Source: Lepidodermella squamata (lineage: Eukaryota > Animalia > Gastrotricha). Taken from it: a stretch of 64,000 bases of DNA. The stretch spans positions 4,154,001 through 4,218,000 of the forward strand of contig JBLDXI010000003.1 of NCBI GenBank assembly GCA_047495785.1, written 5' to 3'. Under the pieces are notes generated by a model. That model was not told the DNA's origin and did no database searches. It was given only the letters and a program-made list of their open reading frames with translations. The position numbers were made by a program, and so were the translations under genes. Positions 40,528 through 54,543 of this stretch are shown piece by piece (position 1 is the first letter of the stretch; every line of letters starts with the position of its first letter).

Positions 40528-41172
40528 ATGACCGACGCTGTTGCTGCCACTGCTTCGCCCAAGAAGACCACGAAGACCACGAAACCCAAAGCGCCCGCTG
40601 CTCATCCGAAGTACTCCGAAATGATCGTCACCGCCATCGCAGCGCTGAAAGAACGCGGCGGCTCGTCTCGCCAGGCCATCTCCAAGTACATCCAGGCGCA
40701 TTTCAACGTCGGCAAGGACGAAAAGAAGATCAACGCTCACCTGCGCCTCGCTTTCAAACGTCTCGTCGCGTCGAATGCTCTCGTTCAAGTCAAGGGTTCA
40801 TTCAAGGTCGGCGAGAAGAAGGTAGAAAAGCCCAAGGCGAAGAAAGCGACTGTCCCGAAAACAGCCAAGCCGTCTTCGCCGAAGAAGACTGGTACGAAGA
40901 AGGCCGTTAAAAAAGCCGCCAAGACTACTGTCAGCACTGGCGATGCTGCCGCGCCCGCCGCCCCGAAACCCGAGAAGGTAAGCATTATCGATAGATTTGT
41001 TTATCGAGACGTTAATTTTCCGTTTTTCTCCGTTCAGGCAAAGAAAGCCGCGAAACCGAAGGCTGCTAAGAAAGTCGCGTCCCCGAAGAAACCGACGTCG
41101 CCGAAAAAGGTAGCTGCGAAGAAGAAGCCCGCGAAGAATGCCGCTCCGAAGAAGGCTGCCGCGAAGGCGTAA
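40528..41172 (+). CDS. H1: Linker histone H1 (H1.0/H5-like, polyadenylated); intron 40978-41037
   Basis: HPKYSEMIVTAIAALKERGGSSRQAISKYI globular domain, K/A/P-rich tail with SPKK motifs, AATAAA at ~41212, no histone stem-loop seen. Confidence 0.95.
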   Translation: MTDAVAATASPKKTTKTTKPKAPAAHPKYSEMIVTAIAALKERGGSSRQAISKYIQAHFNVGKDEKKINAHLRLAFKRLVASNALVQVKGSFKVGEKKVEKPKAKKATVPKTAKPSSPKKTGTKKAVKKAAKTTVSTGDAAAPAAPKPEKVSIIDRFVYRDVNFPFFSVQAKKAAKPKAAKKVASPKKPTSPKKVAAKKKPAKNAAPKKAAAKA

Positions 41173-43541
41173 CATCATTTCTTTGATCAACGTTTGTAAT
41201 CCCGGTCTTTTGAATAAAATAAACTCAGTTTTTAATTCTGTTTCGCGTTTTGCACCTGTTCTGTTTGATCATTGCCTGGTTAATTGCGGCAGACACATTA
41301 AGGAGGCGGAGCGCAGCAGGAGCGGCTGAGCGTAACGGACACGCTTAGCTCAATTCGTAGTGTTTCAGTTGTTACCAATTCACCGTTTTGTTTACGCGCG
41401 GGCGCATTCATAAATCGGCGCGCCTGCTTTGTATCCGTAAACAAAACAACTTGGCCGCCAAAACAAATTTTAGCAACCAACGTGATCATTTGCATCAAGT
41501 GAGATGAGAGCACATCCGCAGCCAATTCTTCACAATGCATGTGCTTAATTACTAACCACTCGAAATGAAACAACGGGGAAGCGAATTATTATAGTCCCAA
41601 ATAAATGCTAGGCTGAAACCCAGCGTACAAAGAAATCAGATACAGTCCCACCTCTATAGCATTTGCTACTTCATTCAAGGAATCGAGAACGCAAACCCTT
41701 CGTATTTTTTCATTGATCGATATAAAACGATAATCGTTCTACAAATCGAATTTTGCGGTTTGCTTTTTTCGCATGTTACCTATTTACTATTCCATTGCAC
41801 TTTGATCTTTGCCCTACCTATTTGTGGTGAGGCAAAAAATTGTTGGCATCCGCGCGTAGTAAGCGGTATCCATAGAAAAACATGTTTAACCATAGCTATC
41901 AATAAGCTGGGTTCAAAGTCCTGGTCGCTATTATGCCTTACCAAAAGTTCAAAATTCCGATGAAGCGCGAAACAGAATAGATACTACCGTAATATCTATT
42001 GAGTGCAACAATTCTGCCGAAAGGAACTAAGAGCAGAGATGAAAGCGAGGAAGATTTGTATAAAATAACAAGAATCAGGTAGCTGATTTCTCCCTGTTCC
42101 TCATGAGGTTAAAGTTATTCCTTCGAAACGCTTATTTTTTGGAATGGGAATTTTCGAGAATCAGGGCCCTGATGCGAAATCTAGGTGCTGTAAACAGCAC
42201 GTGATAGCGCATAACTGACCGCTGAAACTCGTTGACTAGAATTCGTACAAAAAACGCGCAGGCGGTGTGGTGTGATGTGTCTGTATCTATGCCAGCCAGC
42301 AATTTTTTGCTATAGGTAGCGGAATTTCACGCGATGAGCATGCATCCGTAACACGCTGCGCATCAGTCAAACTCGCCGTTTGGCGTGAGCGTAACATTTC
42401 AACACTGTGAGCAGGATAGATAGCAGGAAATACTCGGGACAGCGTCGTCACGCGCTAGCCAGAATTTTAATGCCAAAATTATATATAAATATATCAAGCG
42501 ATACCAAAGGGTAAATTTTGAAGCAAAAAGCGTTAGAGCTCCTTGTTGTTTCCCAAAATGGCAAAATGTTTCGGATTCCTATCTTCTTCGCAATCCGATC
42601 AAATTTTCATTTTTCTTAGCTCCAACATATTAGTAATGTGTACGAAATATGTATGTTATCTCAATTCTGAAATAATCAATCCTAGAATTTAGAAACTAAC
42701 ACCTTGATCCTATCACCATCTGAAGCTGTAGGTTAGTAGGGTTTTCAAAACGAACTATTATTTTGAATCCTATAATTCTTCCAAAACTTGATCCAGTATT
42801 TGTCCAGATTGGCCATCTTATACCCCATGATAGCTAGTGATTTTGTTAGTTTGAGCTAGGTTCTATGGATTTTCCGGATACTAGCGCACCTACCTAAGCT
42901 TATTGCCTGAAAAGTCATGCTTCCCCCTCCGCCTCCCCCCATGTTATAACACAGCTTTCAGAGTGAAGCTGAATTAACTAAATTCTAGCGAGAGCAAAAT
43001 ATTCGGAATGACCCTCGGCGAAATCGCTCGCGATTTGCACTTCTCTCTGCACGACATGAACCTGCTCGCGCGCGCGTGATTTTTTGCCTGGATTCCGGCT
43101 TTAATTTCAGACAATTTTTGACACCCTCACGATATCGCTCATTCATGCGTACTTTGATCTCTGGTGCGCTGTATTTTTTTTGTGTGTCGAATCTCTCTCG
43201 CTATGATGATCAAGTTACATCAGGTAGTTGCTGAGCTGGTAGGATTTTATTTTCGGCGGAAATGCGTAGTAAATAGCGCCGTATTAGGAAGTAATAAAAA
43301 GCTCAATTAAAAATGCGGCTTCGGCTGCGCTTTGACGCCGGCGTGGAGCTGGCTGTATATGTTGAGCAGCGCCGACACGCTGAGAAGTCATCCATCCACA
43401 CCGTCGCCTGTGTATCAAATATCAAGCGACGGTAGCTGGTAGCGGGAACTCAACGCTGGTCGCACCTACGGATCGCACTAGCTTCTCATTTGCATGCGAA
43501 ATTTTTGAACCCTCTGGCGTTCGCATCGACAACCATCCTGC

Positions 43542-43548
43542 TATATAA
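43542..43548 (+). promoter_or_regulatory. TATA box of the lipid transfer protein gene
   Basis: TATATAA upstream of a 5'UTR exon and intron 43682-43741 that precede the ATG at 43753. Confidence 0.6.
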
Positions 43549-43752
43549 GCATCGCGTTTTCTGCGCTAAAATCGCGCTAGGTTCACAGTTGAATCCTCGA
43601 CCACTTTCACATTTTCTGATTTCGGATTAAAGCTTTTAAATATAAACTAACTGTACACTTGTGATAACTGTTTAAAAGCGAGTAAGTTTCAACAACATTG
43701 TTTACGATTTCAGTTTATTAACGCTTTATCTCCCGTTACAGAACAGCTGACC

Positions 43753-46700
43753 ATGCAAGCAGCTGTGTGTTTCCTATTCCTGCTAGTCGCAGGAATCTCC
43801 GCAAGTGAGTTGAACAAAACGTTAACGTTTGGCATTTTTATAATCAATTGTTTCAGAGCCCATCGTGAGGCCCGCCTCACCCTCGGGATCTTGCGGCAAG
43901 GCGCCATCGTGCGATTTGCGTAAGTTTCAGAAAAAACAAGCAGATTTTTGTTAATTTTCGATGTCCAACTTTTGTTACAGCCAGCAAGATCAAGTTTGCC
44001 TATGAGCAGGGCAAGACCTACACCTACGACGTCCAGTCGTCGGTGAAGACTTCGGCCTCGTCGGACTCCAAGTCGGCTGGTTTGCAGATCTCGGCCCAGG
44101 CCAAGATCGGCGCCATCCACGACTGCGAATTGGAACTTGAGCTCTCAAGTGTTGAGCTCAAGGACGAACAGGGCAACAAGATCAACGACAAGAAGTTCCT
44201 CGACGACTTGTCGCTGCCTCTTCGCTTCGAATGGACCGACGGTCGCATCGGCGAAGTCTGCCCCACCGACGACAAGGACTCACAGTGGTCGCTCAACTTC
44301 AAGCGCAGCGTCTTGTCTGCTTTCCAAAACACCATGGATTCGTAAGTTTCAAATTTCTTCAAATTTTTTCTCATTTCTAGATTTTTATTGAATTTTCAAG
44401 ATTTTTTCTCAAATTATTATTGAGAGCCTAATTGTTTGTTATTTGATGAAGGCTCGACAACGCTGAACCTGCGCGCGAACTCGACGCTGCCGGTGATTGC
44501 TGGGCCAACTACGAAGTTGAGTCGGCTGACTCGAACCGCAAGGTCGTCAAGTGGACCAAGGATCTGAACCAATGTGCCGATCGCCAGGGCGGCGCTGTCG
44601 CCACCTACGGCATGAAGTACTCGAACCCGATGTCGGACATCAACACGATGCCGCTGACCGAGGGCAAGCAGACCTGCAAGCAGACCGTCGAGAAGCGCAT
44701 CGTCCAGTCGGTTGAGTGCACGGAACGCCTCGAGTTCTTGCCGTCTCGCCTCCAGGAGGGCGCCACCGTCGTCGCCACCGAGGCCACCATGCGCGTCAAG
44801 CTTGTCGGCGAGAACGCCGAACAGGCCCAGGCGCCCGCTGCCCGCTACGCCACCGACCTCAAGTTCGACCACTCCTACATCGCCGCCGACCTCGACGGTG
44901 ATTCTCAGGATGCCGAAAAGCTGCTCGACAAAATGTGCCAAGCCGATGGTGAGGTTGTCGCCGAATCCGGCCGCGACTTCTCCGACCTGCTCGACAGCCT
45001 GCGCTCGCTGAGCAAGGAGGAAATCGCCAAGGTCTTCGAAGCCGCTTCCAAGTGCAAGGCCACCGCGTAAGTTTCGATTTCTATTTATCCAAATTTCGAT
45101 TATAAAAGCGTTGTGTTTACAGTAAGATGATGGAAAACATCATCCCCGACGTTGCCACCCGTGCCGCCGCTAGCTTCATCGTCGAAAAGGTCGAAGCCAA
45201 GCAGCCGAGCTCGTCGATCGCCCGCGAGGACTGGCTCGCCGCCCTGCGCGGTGTCCAGAACCCGACCGCCGACGTCGTCGCCAAGGCCGCCGCCATCGCC
45301 ACCTCCGACGACGAGTACACCATCAGCGGTCGCGCCTACCTCGGCGCCGGCTCGCTGCTGAACAACTTCTGCCAGCGCAACAAGGACTGCCACGCCGTCC
45401 CTGAAGTCAAGCAGGCCGTTCAGAAGTTCGCCGACCAGCTCGCCGTCTGCCGCTCCGGCTCCGCCGACCGTGAAGCCACCCGCCGCGCCCTGTACGCCCT
45501 GCGCGCCCTCGGCAACGCCGGTGCCGCCGTCGCCGCCGACGCCCTCCCCGAGGCCGTCATCGACTGCATGACCAACAAGGCTCTGTCGCCCGAGCTCCGT
45601 CTGTCCGCTCTCTCCGTCACCCGCCGTGTCCCCTGCGGCCACGAAGGCGAGAAGGTCCAGGAGACCCAGCGCAAGATCATCCAGGACGCCGCTGACGACA
45701 CCGAGTTCCGCTCGTACGCCGCCATCCACGCCCTGCGCTGCCCGTGCCTGCGTGACGTCGACGCCATCCGCACCGTCATCACCGACGAGTCGCGCCCCGT
45801 CTCCGACAAGTTCGGCGCCTTCGTCGTCTCGCTCATCTCGCGCATGGAAGCCTCGCCGCTGTCCAGCTACTGGTCGCCCGAGCTCCGCTCGACCATCGGC
45901 GCCCTGATGGCCACCCGCCACGCCGCTGCCCTCTTCATGAAGGTCGACGCCCTCAAGACCGGTGGCTCGATGCACCGCCAGCAGTTCTTCGCCGGCAACG
46001 CCGGTTACATGTACGACATTGATCTGATCCACTCGGACAAGTCCATGTTCCCCCGCATCGCCCGCCTCAACGTCTCCGTTGGTCTGTTCGGCCGCGCCAT
46101 CAACCCGATCGAAATCGGCCTGCGCCAGGAAGGCCTCGAATCCATCATCGACTCGATGCCCGCCATGGACGTCTTCGAGAAGAACACCGAAGGTCTGATC
46201 AACGTCCCGCGCCTCAACACCGACAAGCTGAAGCCCGTCCTCGACAAGCTCAAGCTGAGCCTGTTCGTCCGCGTCTTCGGCTCTGAAGTCCGCTACGCCG
46301 CCGTCGACAAGGAAGTCATGGACCGCCTGCGCCAGCGTCTGCACGAGCGCGTCAACATCGACTCGCTGCGTAGCGAAGATGGCCGCCAAGCTGCCGAGCT
46401 CTTCGTCGACCGCGCCCTCAGCCTGCCGACCGTCGCCGGTCTGCCGATCCGCCTCGCCATCCGCGGCTCGTACCGCAGCCACGTTCGCCCGACCATGAAC
46501 CCGGAATCCAAGCGCGACGAAACCGGCCGCGTCTCCTCGGTCAACATCAAGGCCGACGTTAAGGCTGGTCTCTCTGTCGAACTGCGCTCGTCGATGGCCG
46601 CCTACATCGGCTCCCGCCAGTACGGTATCCAGGCCGTCACCCGCCTCGTCTCCAAGGCTGAGTACAAGCCCGAGTTCATTTTCGAAGGCCGCCACCTTAA

Positions 46701-49700
46701 GATCAAGGTCGACATGCCGTCGAAGACCATCCGCGCCGCCAGCCTTTCGTAAGTCGACTCGTATCACGTTTCCACCGCTGATTTTAATAAATCTTTATTC
46801 ATCTATAGGAACGAAGTTCACATCCGCCGTGACAAGACCGAAGAGCCGATCACCGTCGACCAGGCTCTCCGCACCGCCAAGATTTGCACGCCCGGCGTCA
46901 CTGGTCTCCAGATCTGCCTGCAGTCTGAAGTCCCGTCCCGCTGGAACGGCATCATGACCCCCGGCAAGCTGTCCATGTCTTTCGAGAAGACCGACGAGAA
47001 CATGCGTGGTGTTGAAGTCGAGTTCAAGGCCGATCACTCCGTCGATGCTGACGGCAAGATCAACACCGTTGACTTCAAGGCCTACGTCGACACCCCCGGC
47101 AGCGCCAAGGACCGCAAGCTCCTGGCTCAGCTGACCGTCTCGCGCCCCGATCGTGAGATCAAGGCTATCCTTGAGACCCCGTGGAAGAAGGCCAACCTGA
47201 ACGTCAAGATGACCGGTGATGCTGAGGACAGCCAGGTCTCGGCCACCCTTGCCATGGGCGAGGAACAAGCCGGCCTCCGCAACTACCAGGTCGCTGTCAA
47301 GCGCTCGTCCAGCTCCGTCCGCGACGGTGACAACAGCTACCCGAAACGTTCCATCTCCGTTGAAGTCACCCGCAGCGATGTCTCGCAGGCCATCCTTAAG
47401 GCCAGCGGTGCCATCACCGACATGGGTGCCCTCAAGGAAGTCAGCGTCAAGATCGACGAACTGCACATCCCGAACTACTTCACCCTGTCGAGCCCGGCCA
47501 CCCTGAACGGCGAGTTCGGCAACCACGCCACCCGCGGCCTCGGCTTCCTCGTCAAGGGCAAGACCGAAATCCGCGACTTCGAAACCGAATTCGGCATCAA
47601 GGTCCAGTCTGAAGGCAAGCAGCTCGTCTACTCGCACCGCCTGCACCACCAGTCGTCCGCCAGCGGCGTCGGTGATGACAAGCACGACCGCACCCTGCTG
47701 TGGGAAGTTGAATTCAAGCGCGAACCGGCCCGCATCCTCCTGCTGAAGAGCGTCCTCCGCTCTCTGGACGTGCCCGTCGTCGACCGCGCCGCTCACCGCC
47801 TCGTGCTGCTGCTCGAGCGCCCGACCGAGAACGACATGGTCACCGACTTCGAAGTCGACTTCGGCGTCGAAGCTAATGCCAAGCGCTTCAAGCTGTCGCA
47901 GAAGATCAGCCGCCACGAAATGCCGACGATGCGCGGATTCAACTACGCCGTCACCGTCTCCGGCCTCAACATGATCGACCGCACCATCGCCATCAACTAC
48001 CACCGCGAGTGGTCGCCCAAGCTGCTCGTCGAGTTCGACGCCGAGGTCCGCCGCGGCGACATCGCCATCTACCGCGTTGAAGTCAACACCCGCCGCGACG
48101 CCCCCGGCTACGGCGAGTTCAAGCTGCGCACCATCTGCCCGTACAGCGACTTTGTCCTGCACGGCAAGGGCGAAAAGACCGACGACGTCACCTCGGTGCA
48201 CTCGCTGCGCCTTGAACGCAACGGCGATCTGCGCATCAACTTCGAAAGCAAGGCCCGCATCGAAGAGGGCAAGCGCGACGTCGAAGCTAAGCTCGAACTT
48301 ATGGGTATGGCCCCGATCACTCTGTCCTCCCGCGGCTCCGGCTCGCCCTTCGACGGCAAGTGGCAACACGACGGCGTCCTCGCCTACGGTGGCCGCAAGC
48401 TGCTGTTCGGCGGCAACGTCCTCTACTCGCCCAAGGGTGACGACGAAGGTGTCCTCGACGCCAACGTCTACATGGGTACTCTCGAGCGCATGTTCAAGCA
48501 GTACATCAACTGGCACCGCACCGGCAAGCGCGTTCAACTGCGCGGTATGACCGAAATGGCCGATGATATGTACAAGGTCACTGGTGAGCTCGACCTCGAA
48601 GCCCGCCGCCACCGCATCGTCATCGAAGGTCCTCGTGGCTCGGCTGAGATCGCCGGCGGTCGCCTGTCCAACCAGCGCGGCTTCGACGTCGTCGCCAAGT
48701 ACTCGTGCCCCACTGTTGAACTCGAACTGTTTGCCAAGGCTGGTCTTGACAAGCTCCGCTCTGACATCACCGGTCACTTCGCGTACAAGCTGCCCGAAGA
48801 TCAGGTCAAGAAGGTCATTGGCTTCAAGGCCGGCTACAAGGCCGACCTCACCAACGGCATCGACATCGGCTTCGTCAGCGGCGTCAAGGTCAACGACAAG
48901 GACTGGTTCGCCACCGCCAACGTCACCGTCATCCCGACCCACAAGGTCGCCCTCGGTTTCGGCGCTGGTGACGGCGAGAACTTCCGCCACCGCTACGCCA
49001 TCAGCGTTGCCAAGAAGTGGGAGACCGAGAGCCTGCTCCGCCTCGACGGTGAGCTCGAAGCCCACTGCACCTCGCTGCAGTTCCCCCGCCTCAAGATCGA
49101 GACCTACAAGAAGCTGTCGTGGAACAAGGCCACCGAACGCCTCGGCGCCTACGAGACCAAGGTCAACTACGTTTTCGGCGAAAAGCAGGCCTGGTACGCT
49201 ATCCAGATCGATGCTATGAACCTGCGCGAAGCTCTCACCCTCGGCGTCGAAGGTGACTCGAACTTCATGCAACGCGTCGACATGAAGCTGGCCTACACCG
49301 CTAGCATGCCCACCATCACCCTCGCCATCAACGGCCGCGTCGGCCAGCGCGCCGCCCGCGTCCGTGGTCTCATCGACCTGACCAAGACCCGCACTGAGGA
49401 AGACAAGTCTGTCGATGTTTCGTACAGCCTTGCTGCCTACCTCGACGAGAGCGAACAGGCCGAGATTTCGATCCGCGGCCAGGCTATCGGCGATGAAAAG
49501 AACACCAACAGCTTCACGACCGTCGAGGTGCGCGACCTCATCTACGCGATGAACACTCGCCACGTCAACACCGACAAGAAGCTCGCCGAAATCGTTGTGC
49601 GCACCCCGCACGAAAACTTCCGCGAAAACGTTGTCCGCGTCTCCGCCCTCAAGGACTCCGATGACACCAACGCCGAGCTGCTGATCAAGATCGGCTCGAA

Positions 49701-52700
49701 GACCTTCCGCTCGACCATGTGGCGCAAGGTTGAAGAGAAGTCGCGCCGTGGTGAAGTCAAGGTCGACGTCAACGGCCGTGTCTACGCCGCTGGCTACACC
49801 CTTGACCACCCTGAGGTTATGATGAGCCGTGGCGAATACCGCCTCCGTCTCCGCGTCGACACCCCAGTTGAAGGCTACAAGACCTCGACCGTCATGTTCT
49901 GGATCAAGCCGTGCAAGGACGGTATGCAAGGTATCGCCGCCGTTCTCGGCCTCACCGACGCCCATCCCGACATCAAGGAACAGCGCACCCAGATGCAGTT
50001 CGCCTACCAGATCGGCGAAGAGAAGAAGGGCGGTATCATGTTCTCGGCTCGCGGTGAACGCAACTACGAACAGGACAAGCTGATGCGCGAAGCTTCGCTC
50101 ATCTTCAACATGCCTCGCCTCAACTTCACCATCGACATTGAATCTACCCGCGTCCCCGAAAAGGGCAACGGCTGGATCGAATACCGTAGCAAGCGGTAAG
50201 ACTCTCGCAATTATTAATGTATCAGATGTTTATACAACTATTTTTCTTACAGCAACGGTGAATGGCGCGTTGAATGGGCTGGTTCGGGCAACACCCGTAA
50301 GGCCGGCAACGCCCACATTGAGATCCGCGGCAAGACTGTTGAACGCGAAGAGCCCATCATCATCCGTCTGTCTGGCAACCATGACCTGACCGCTGAGACC
50401 AAGGAAATCGGTGGCCAGATCGCGACCAACCTGCCCGGCTACGACCGCATCCGCCTCCGCTACACCCAGGGCCTCGATGAAGATGGCAACATCGCCAACA
50501 CCGTCGAGCTGATGATGCCCAACAGCCAGATCGTCCGCGCTGAGCTCGCCGTCGGCTTCACCGTCGACCAGGCCGACCTCAAGTTCAAGTTCGAATCGCC
50601 GTTCGAAGCCGTCCGCGAAATGAAGGCCGAGCTCGAGGTTAAGATGGAAGCGCCCAAGTACTCGATCGACCTCAAGTTCAACCGCAACGAGCGCAAGTAC
50701 GTCATCCAGATTTCGGCCGACAAGACCGAAGAATCGCTGAGCGGTGACATCAACATCGAAACCCCGTTCCCGGCTCTGGCCAGCGCCTCCGGCTCGTTCA
50801 AGCGCACCGGCAGCCTGCTGTCCGAGGAGGGCTCGAAGACCACCGCCGAACTGCTCGTCAACAAGGACTGGACCCTGAAGGTCGACTCTGAAGGCAAGCT
50901 ACGCGGCGAAGGCCCCCGCTTCGTCTCGTCTCGCATCACCACCAAGTCTGACACGTACATCTTCGAAGTCAACAAGCAACCCGGCAAGTTCGAAGCTAAG
51001 CTGCCGCTGCCCTACTGCACCATCCACTACACCGGTGAGATCAACACCGCCAACAACATCCACGCCGAACTGAAGAAGCACCACGACTGCTCGCCGTACA
51101 GCGTTCAGGGCGACCTGACCATCTCGCTGAGCGACAACAAGCAGCTGCTGCTGAACCTCGAGACTCCGATCCCATACTTCACCAAGGTCAGCGCCAACAT
51201 CACCTACGACTTTGACGAGGCCATCTACCAGATCGAGCAGCGCATGCCCCCGACCGGTCTGTACATCAACATCAAGCGTGAAGATCACCCGCTCAAGATT
51301 GAGGCGACGATGAATGCTGAAGACAAGTCGGCGACTCTGCTGATGACCGTCCGCGGCATCACCGTCCGTGGCGACGCCCGTGTCGGAAATACCGAGGGTG
51401 GCCACATCGACCTGACCATCGAGACCCCGGTTGTTAACATCGAAATGCGCAACAAGCGTGAAGGCCCGTGGTCCAAGCCGACCAACGTTGAAGCCAGCCT
51501 CACCGCTGCCGGCCTCGACGTCTACTCGCTCTCTGGCAACTGGGACCTTACTACCTACCCGGCCGCCTACACCTTCAACGCTGAGGGCTCTCTGCTGTCC
51601 AAGCCTGCCAAGCTCGAGCTCGAGGGTACCACCCAGCACCCGATGAGCTGGACCCGCCAGTCTAAGGTCAAGTTCGGCCAGCGCACCCACGAAACCAAGA
51701 TCGAGATGCAAGGCCAGAAGCTGACCATCGACTACAAGAACTCCGAGAAGCGCTCCTTCACCGTCTCCATGGCGGCGAACCCGTCCGCCGACAGCGAACG
51801 CAAGACATTCCAGTCTAGCTTCGAACTGCAACAGAGCGGCTACACCGATCGGTTCAGCAGCCTGAAGTGGAACGAAAAGTACACCATCCCGGCCGCTGTT
51901 GACGCGTCGAAGATGCGCGAGAACCCTCGCGAATTCCTGCGCACCCTCTTCTCGCACATCGAGTGGGACCAGAAGCTCGAAGTCGACGGCTCGCACAAGT
52001 ACTCGTCCGTTGGCAGCCTCGAGCTCGCCATGCCCCGTGACGCCACCATGGTCGGCCTTAAGGTCAACTATGAATCGAACCGCGCCTGGAACGACAAGAA
52101 GTACCACGTTATCCTCAAGGTAAATTATCGAACCCCATCATCTTTATAGCTCTATTGTTAAATTTTGCGTCTGACAGGTCAACAAGCCCGATGAAAACCC
52201 GACTCAGGTCGAAATGAAGCTCGACATCAATGGCGAGAAGAAGGTCGACGTCAAGGGTACCATCAAGCGTGTTGAAAAGTTCTCGCGCTACGCTGAGATC
52301 AAGCTCGACTTTGAAGCGCCGAAGCAGATGACCTTCCACGTTTCTCGCGACGCCACCGACCCGACCAACCGTGTCTGGAAGGCCCTGATCAACTTCGACC
52401 GCTCCGTCGATGCTGAGGGTACCCAGTGGCAGCTGAACGTCAAGCCTGAGGATGGTGTCAAGGCTCGCGGTTTCGACCTGAAGCTGACCGCCACCCGCCC
52501 GGACAAGGAATACCTCAACGTTGAAGTCGGCTACAAGCGCAGCCTCGAAAAGGCCTTCGAAATCGCCTACCATCTGTTCGCCAAGACCGCCAACATGGAC
52601 AAGAAGTACGGCTTCAGCCACAAGCTCAGCGTTGAGAACATGGTTGTTGACAGCAAGTTCATGTGGGCTGCTCTCACCCGTGACATCAAGGTCGACGTTC

Positions 52701-54543
52701 AGGCTGGCTACGAACAGGGCAAGCGCATCTTCATCAAGAGCGTCTACGACCTCGGCACCCCGTCGAGCCGTCTCGAGGAGGAAATCGAATGGTCTGATGG
52801 CAAGATCACCGGCTTCGTCCAGCTCGGTGACAAGAAGGTCGTCTTCGACGGTGTCATGAAGCCCACCGATCGTAACAACTACGAACTTGACGTCAAGGTC
52901 AAGGGCGACGTTGATGCTCAGTTCTCGTTCGAGAAGAAGTGGTCCGAGGAAACCAAGAACCGCACCTACCACGCTATGCTGAAGACCAACGCCGGCGAGA
53001 TCGAATGGACCAGCCACCGCTACCTGGCCGATCCGATCCGCAGCCGCGGCATCCTCGTCCGCTGGCGCAAGACTGACTGGAACGCCAACGAGCAGACCCA
53101 GGTCTACCTGTACGGTGAGGTCAACATGGCCGCCCCGTCTGGCCGCGTCCAGATGGTCTCGGACTTCCGCAACTTCGACTACTCGGCCCGCGTTGAGCAC
53201 GGCGAGAACGGTGCCAAGGAGATCATTGCCAGCTTCAACGACGAAGGCAAGAAGTCTCTGATCACCCTCGCCATGGACCCGCTCCACAACTCGGTTGATC
53301 TGCTCTCGATCCGCGCCGACGGCAGCCGCCTCAAGGTCCACAGCCACATCGTCTCGACCAAGTACGGCTACTTCGAAGCTAAGCGCATGGCCAAGCCCGA
53401 TAGCACGTACGAAAACCTCGTCCGTCTGACCGTCAGCCTCGACCCGGCTCAGCTGCACGCCAACCTCAAGTACAACACCCAGTTGGCCGAAATCCTGCGC
53501 GAGTACGTCAACCGCCGCCGCGAACAGGCCCAGGAAATGCTCGGCAAGTACAAGGACAACGTTCCTCAGGGTATGCAGACCGTCCGCGACATCATGCTAA
53601 TGGAACAGCTCGTTAAGCCCTTCGTCAGCGCTATGCGCGACGAGCGCAAGCAGCTGCGCGAAGCCGAGCGTGCCAAGTGGCGCGAAATCGCCAAGGAGTG
53701 GTACGAATCGCCGGTCATGAAGAAGCTCTTCTCCGACCGCGTTCCCGACTTCGACGCCTCCATCGTCGGCCGCTGGTTGTCTGACGCCCAGACCGCCGTC
53801 TCGTCGGCTGTTGAAACCTCCGTCGACCGCGCCATCGTCGCCATCGGCCAGGCTGTTCGCCAGTTCGTCAAGAACGACCTTCTGCCCGATATGCGTGAAC
53901 TTCGCATGAAGGCTGCCGCCAGGCTGTCCAACAACGCCGTCACCGGTGCTCTTGCTGGCGTCCGCGACACCGCCCGCGCCTACGCCCTCGAGGCCATGGA
54001 ACGCCTGCGTGAACGCACCTGGACCTCGTGCCTGCTCGGCTACCTGAAGAAGATGCCCGAAAAGCTGGCTGCCCGCTTCCCCGACAACGAGAACCTCCAG
54101 GTTATCCGTGAGCGCCTTGCCAAGGCTGTTTCGAACGTCCGCGAATACTTCGCCGAGATGCGCGATCGCTACGTCAACGTCGACACCAAGACCAACCCGG
54201 TGCTGTCTGGCATCCGCGAAACCATCGCCAACGCTCAGATCAACTACAGCGAAGGTGAGGTCGACGCTAAGATCCCGCTGCCGGAGAACAAGTACCGCTC
54301 TCTGAAGACCCCGGCCTCGCTCGCCCGCCGTGTCGAAGCCGTCCGTGAGCTGCTTGAACGCGGTAAGATTGGCTTTTGCTCAAATAACATCGCAAATTCT
54401 TATGATTTTTCTTTACAATATCAGGTGTTGCTGCTGTCAAGGCTCGTCTTGCCAACCCCCGCGCCAGCGAACTGACCCTTCGCCGCATCTACGGTATGAT
54501 GCAGTACTTCCGCGCTTCGCAGCTGAAGTACCTGTTCCTGTGA
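43753..54543 (+). CDS. Large lipid transfer protein (apolipophorin/apoB/vitellogenin superfamily), ~3424 aa; exons 43753-43804, 43857-43919, 43981-44341, 44452-45066, 45123-46748, 46809-50195, 50253-52119, 52178-54362, 54425-54543
   Basis: Signal peptide; YEQGKTYTY, WSLNFKRSVLSAFQ, ELDAAGDCWANY, ALRALGNAG, IEIGLRQEGLE; long beta-strand-rich body; coding length 10275 nt, divisible by 3. Confidence 0.9.

Noticed and set aside
44417-53970. Very long minus-strand ORFs (555, 1056, 402, 447 aa) opposite the lipid transfer gene
   Set aside because: Shadow ORFs: the sense codon bias avoids TTA/CTA/TCA so antisense stops are rare; they break mostly at the sense introns and show no motifs
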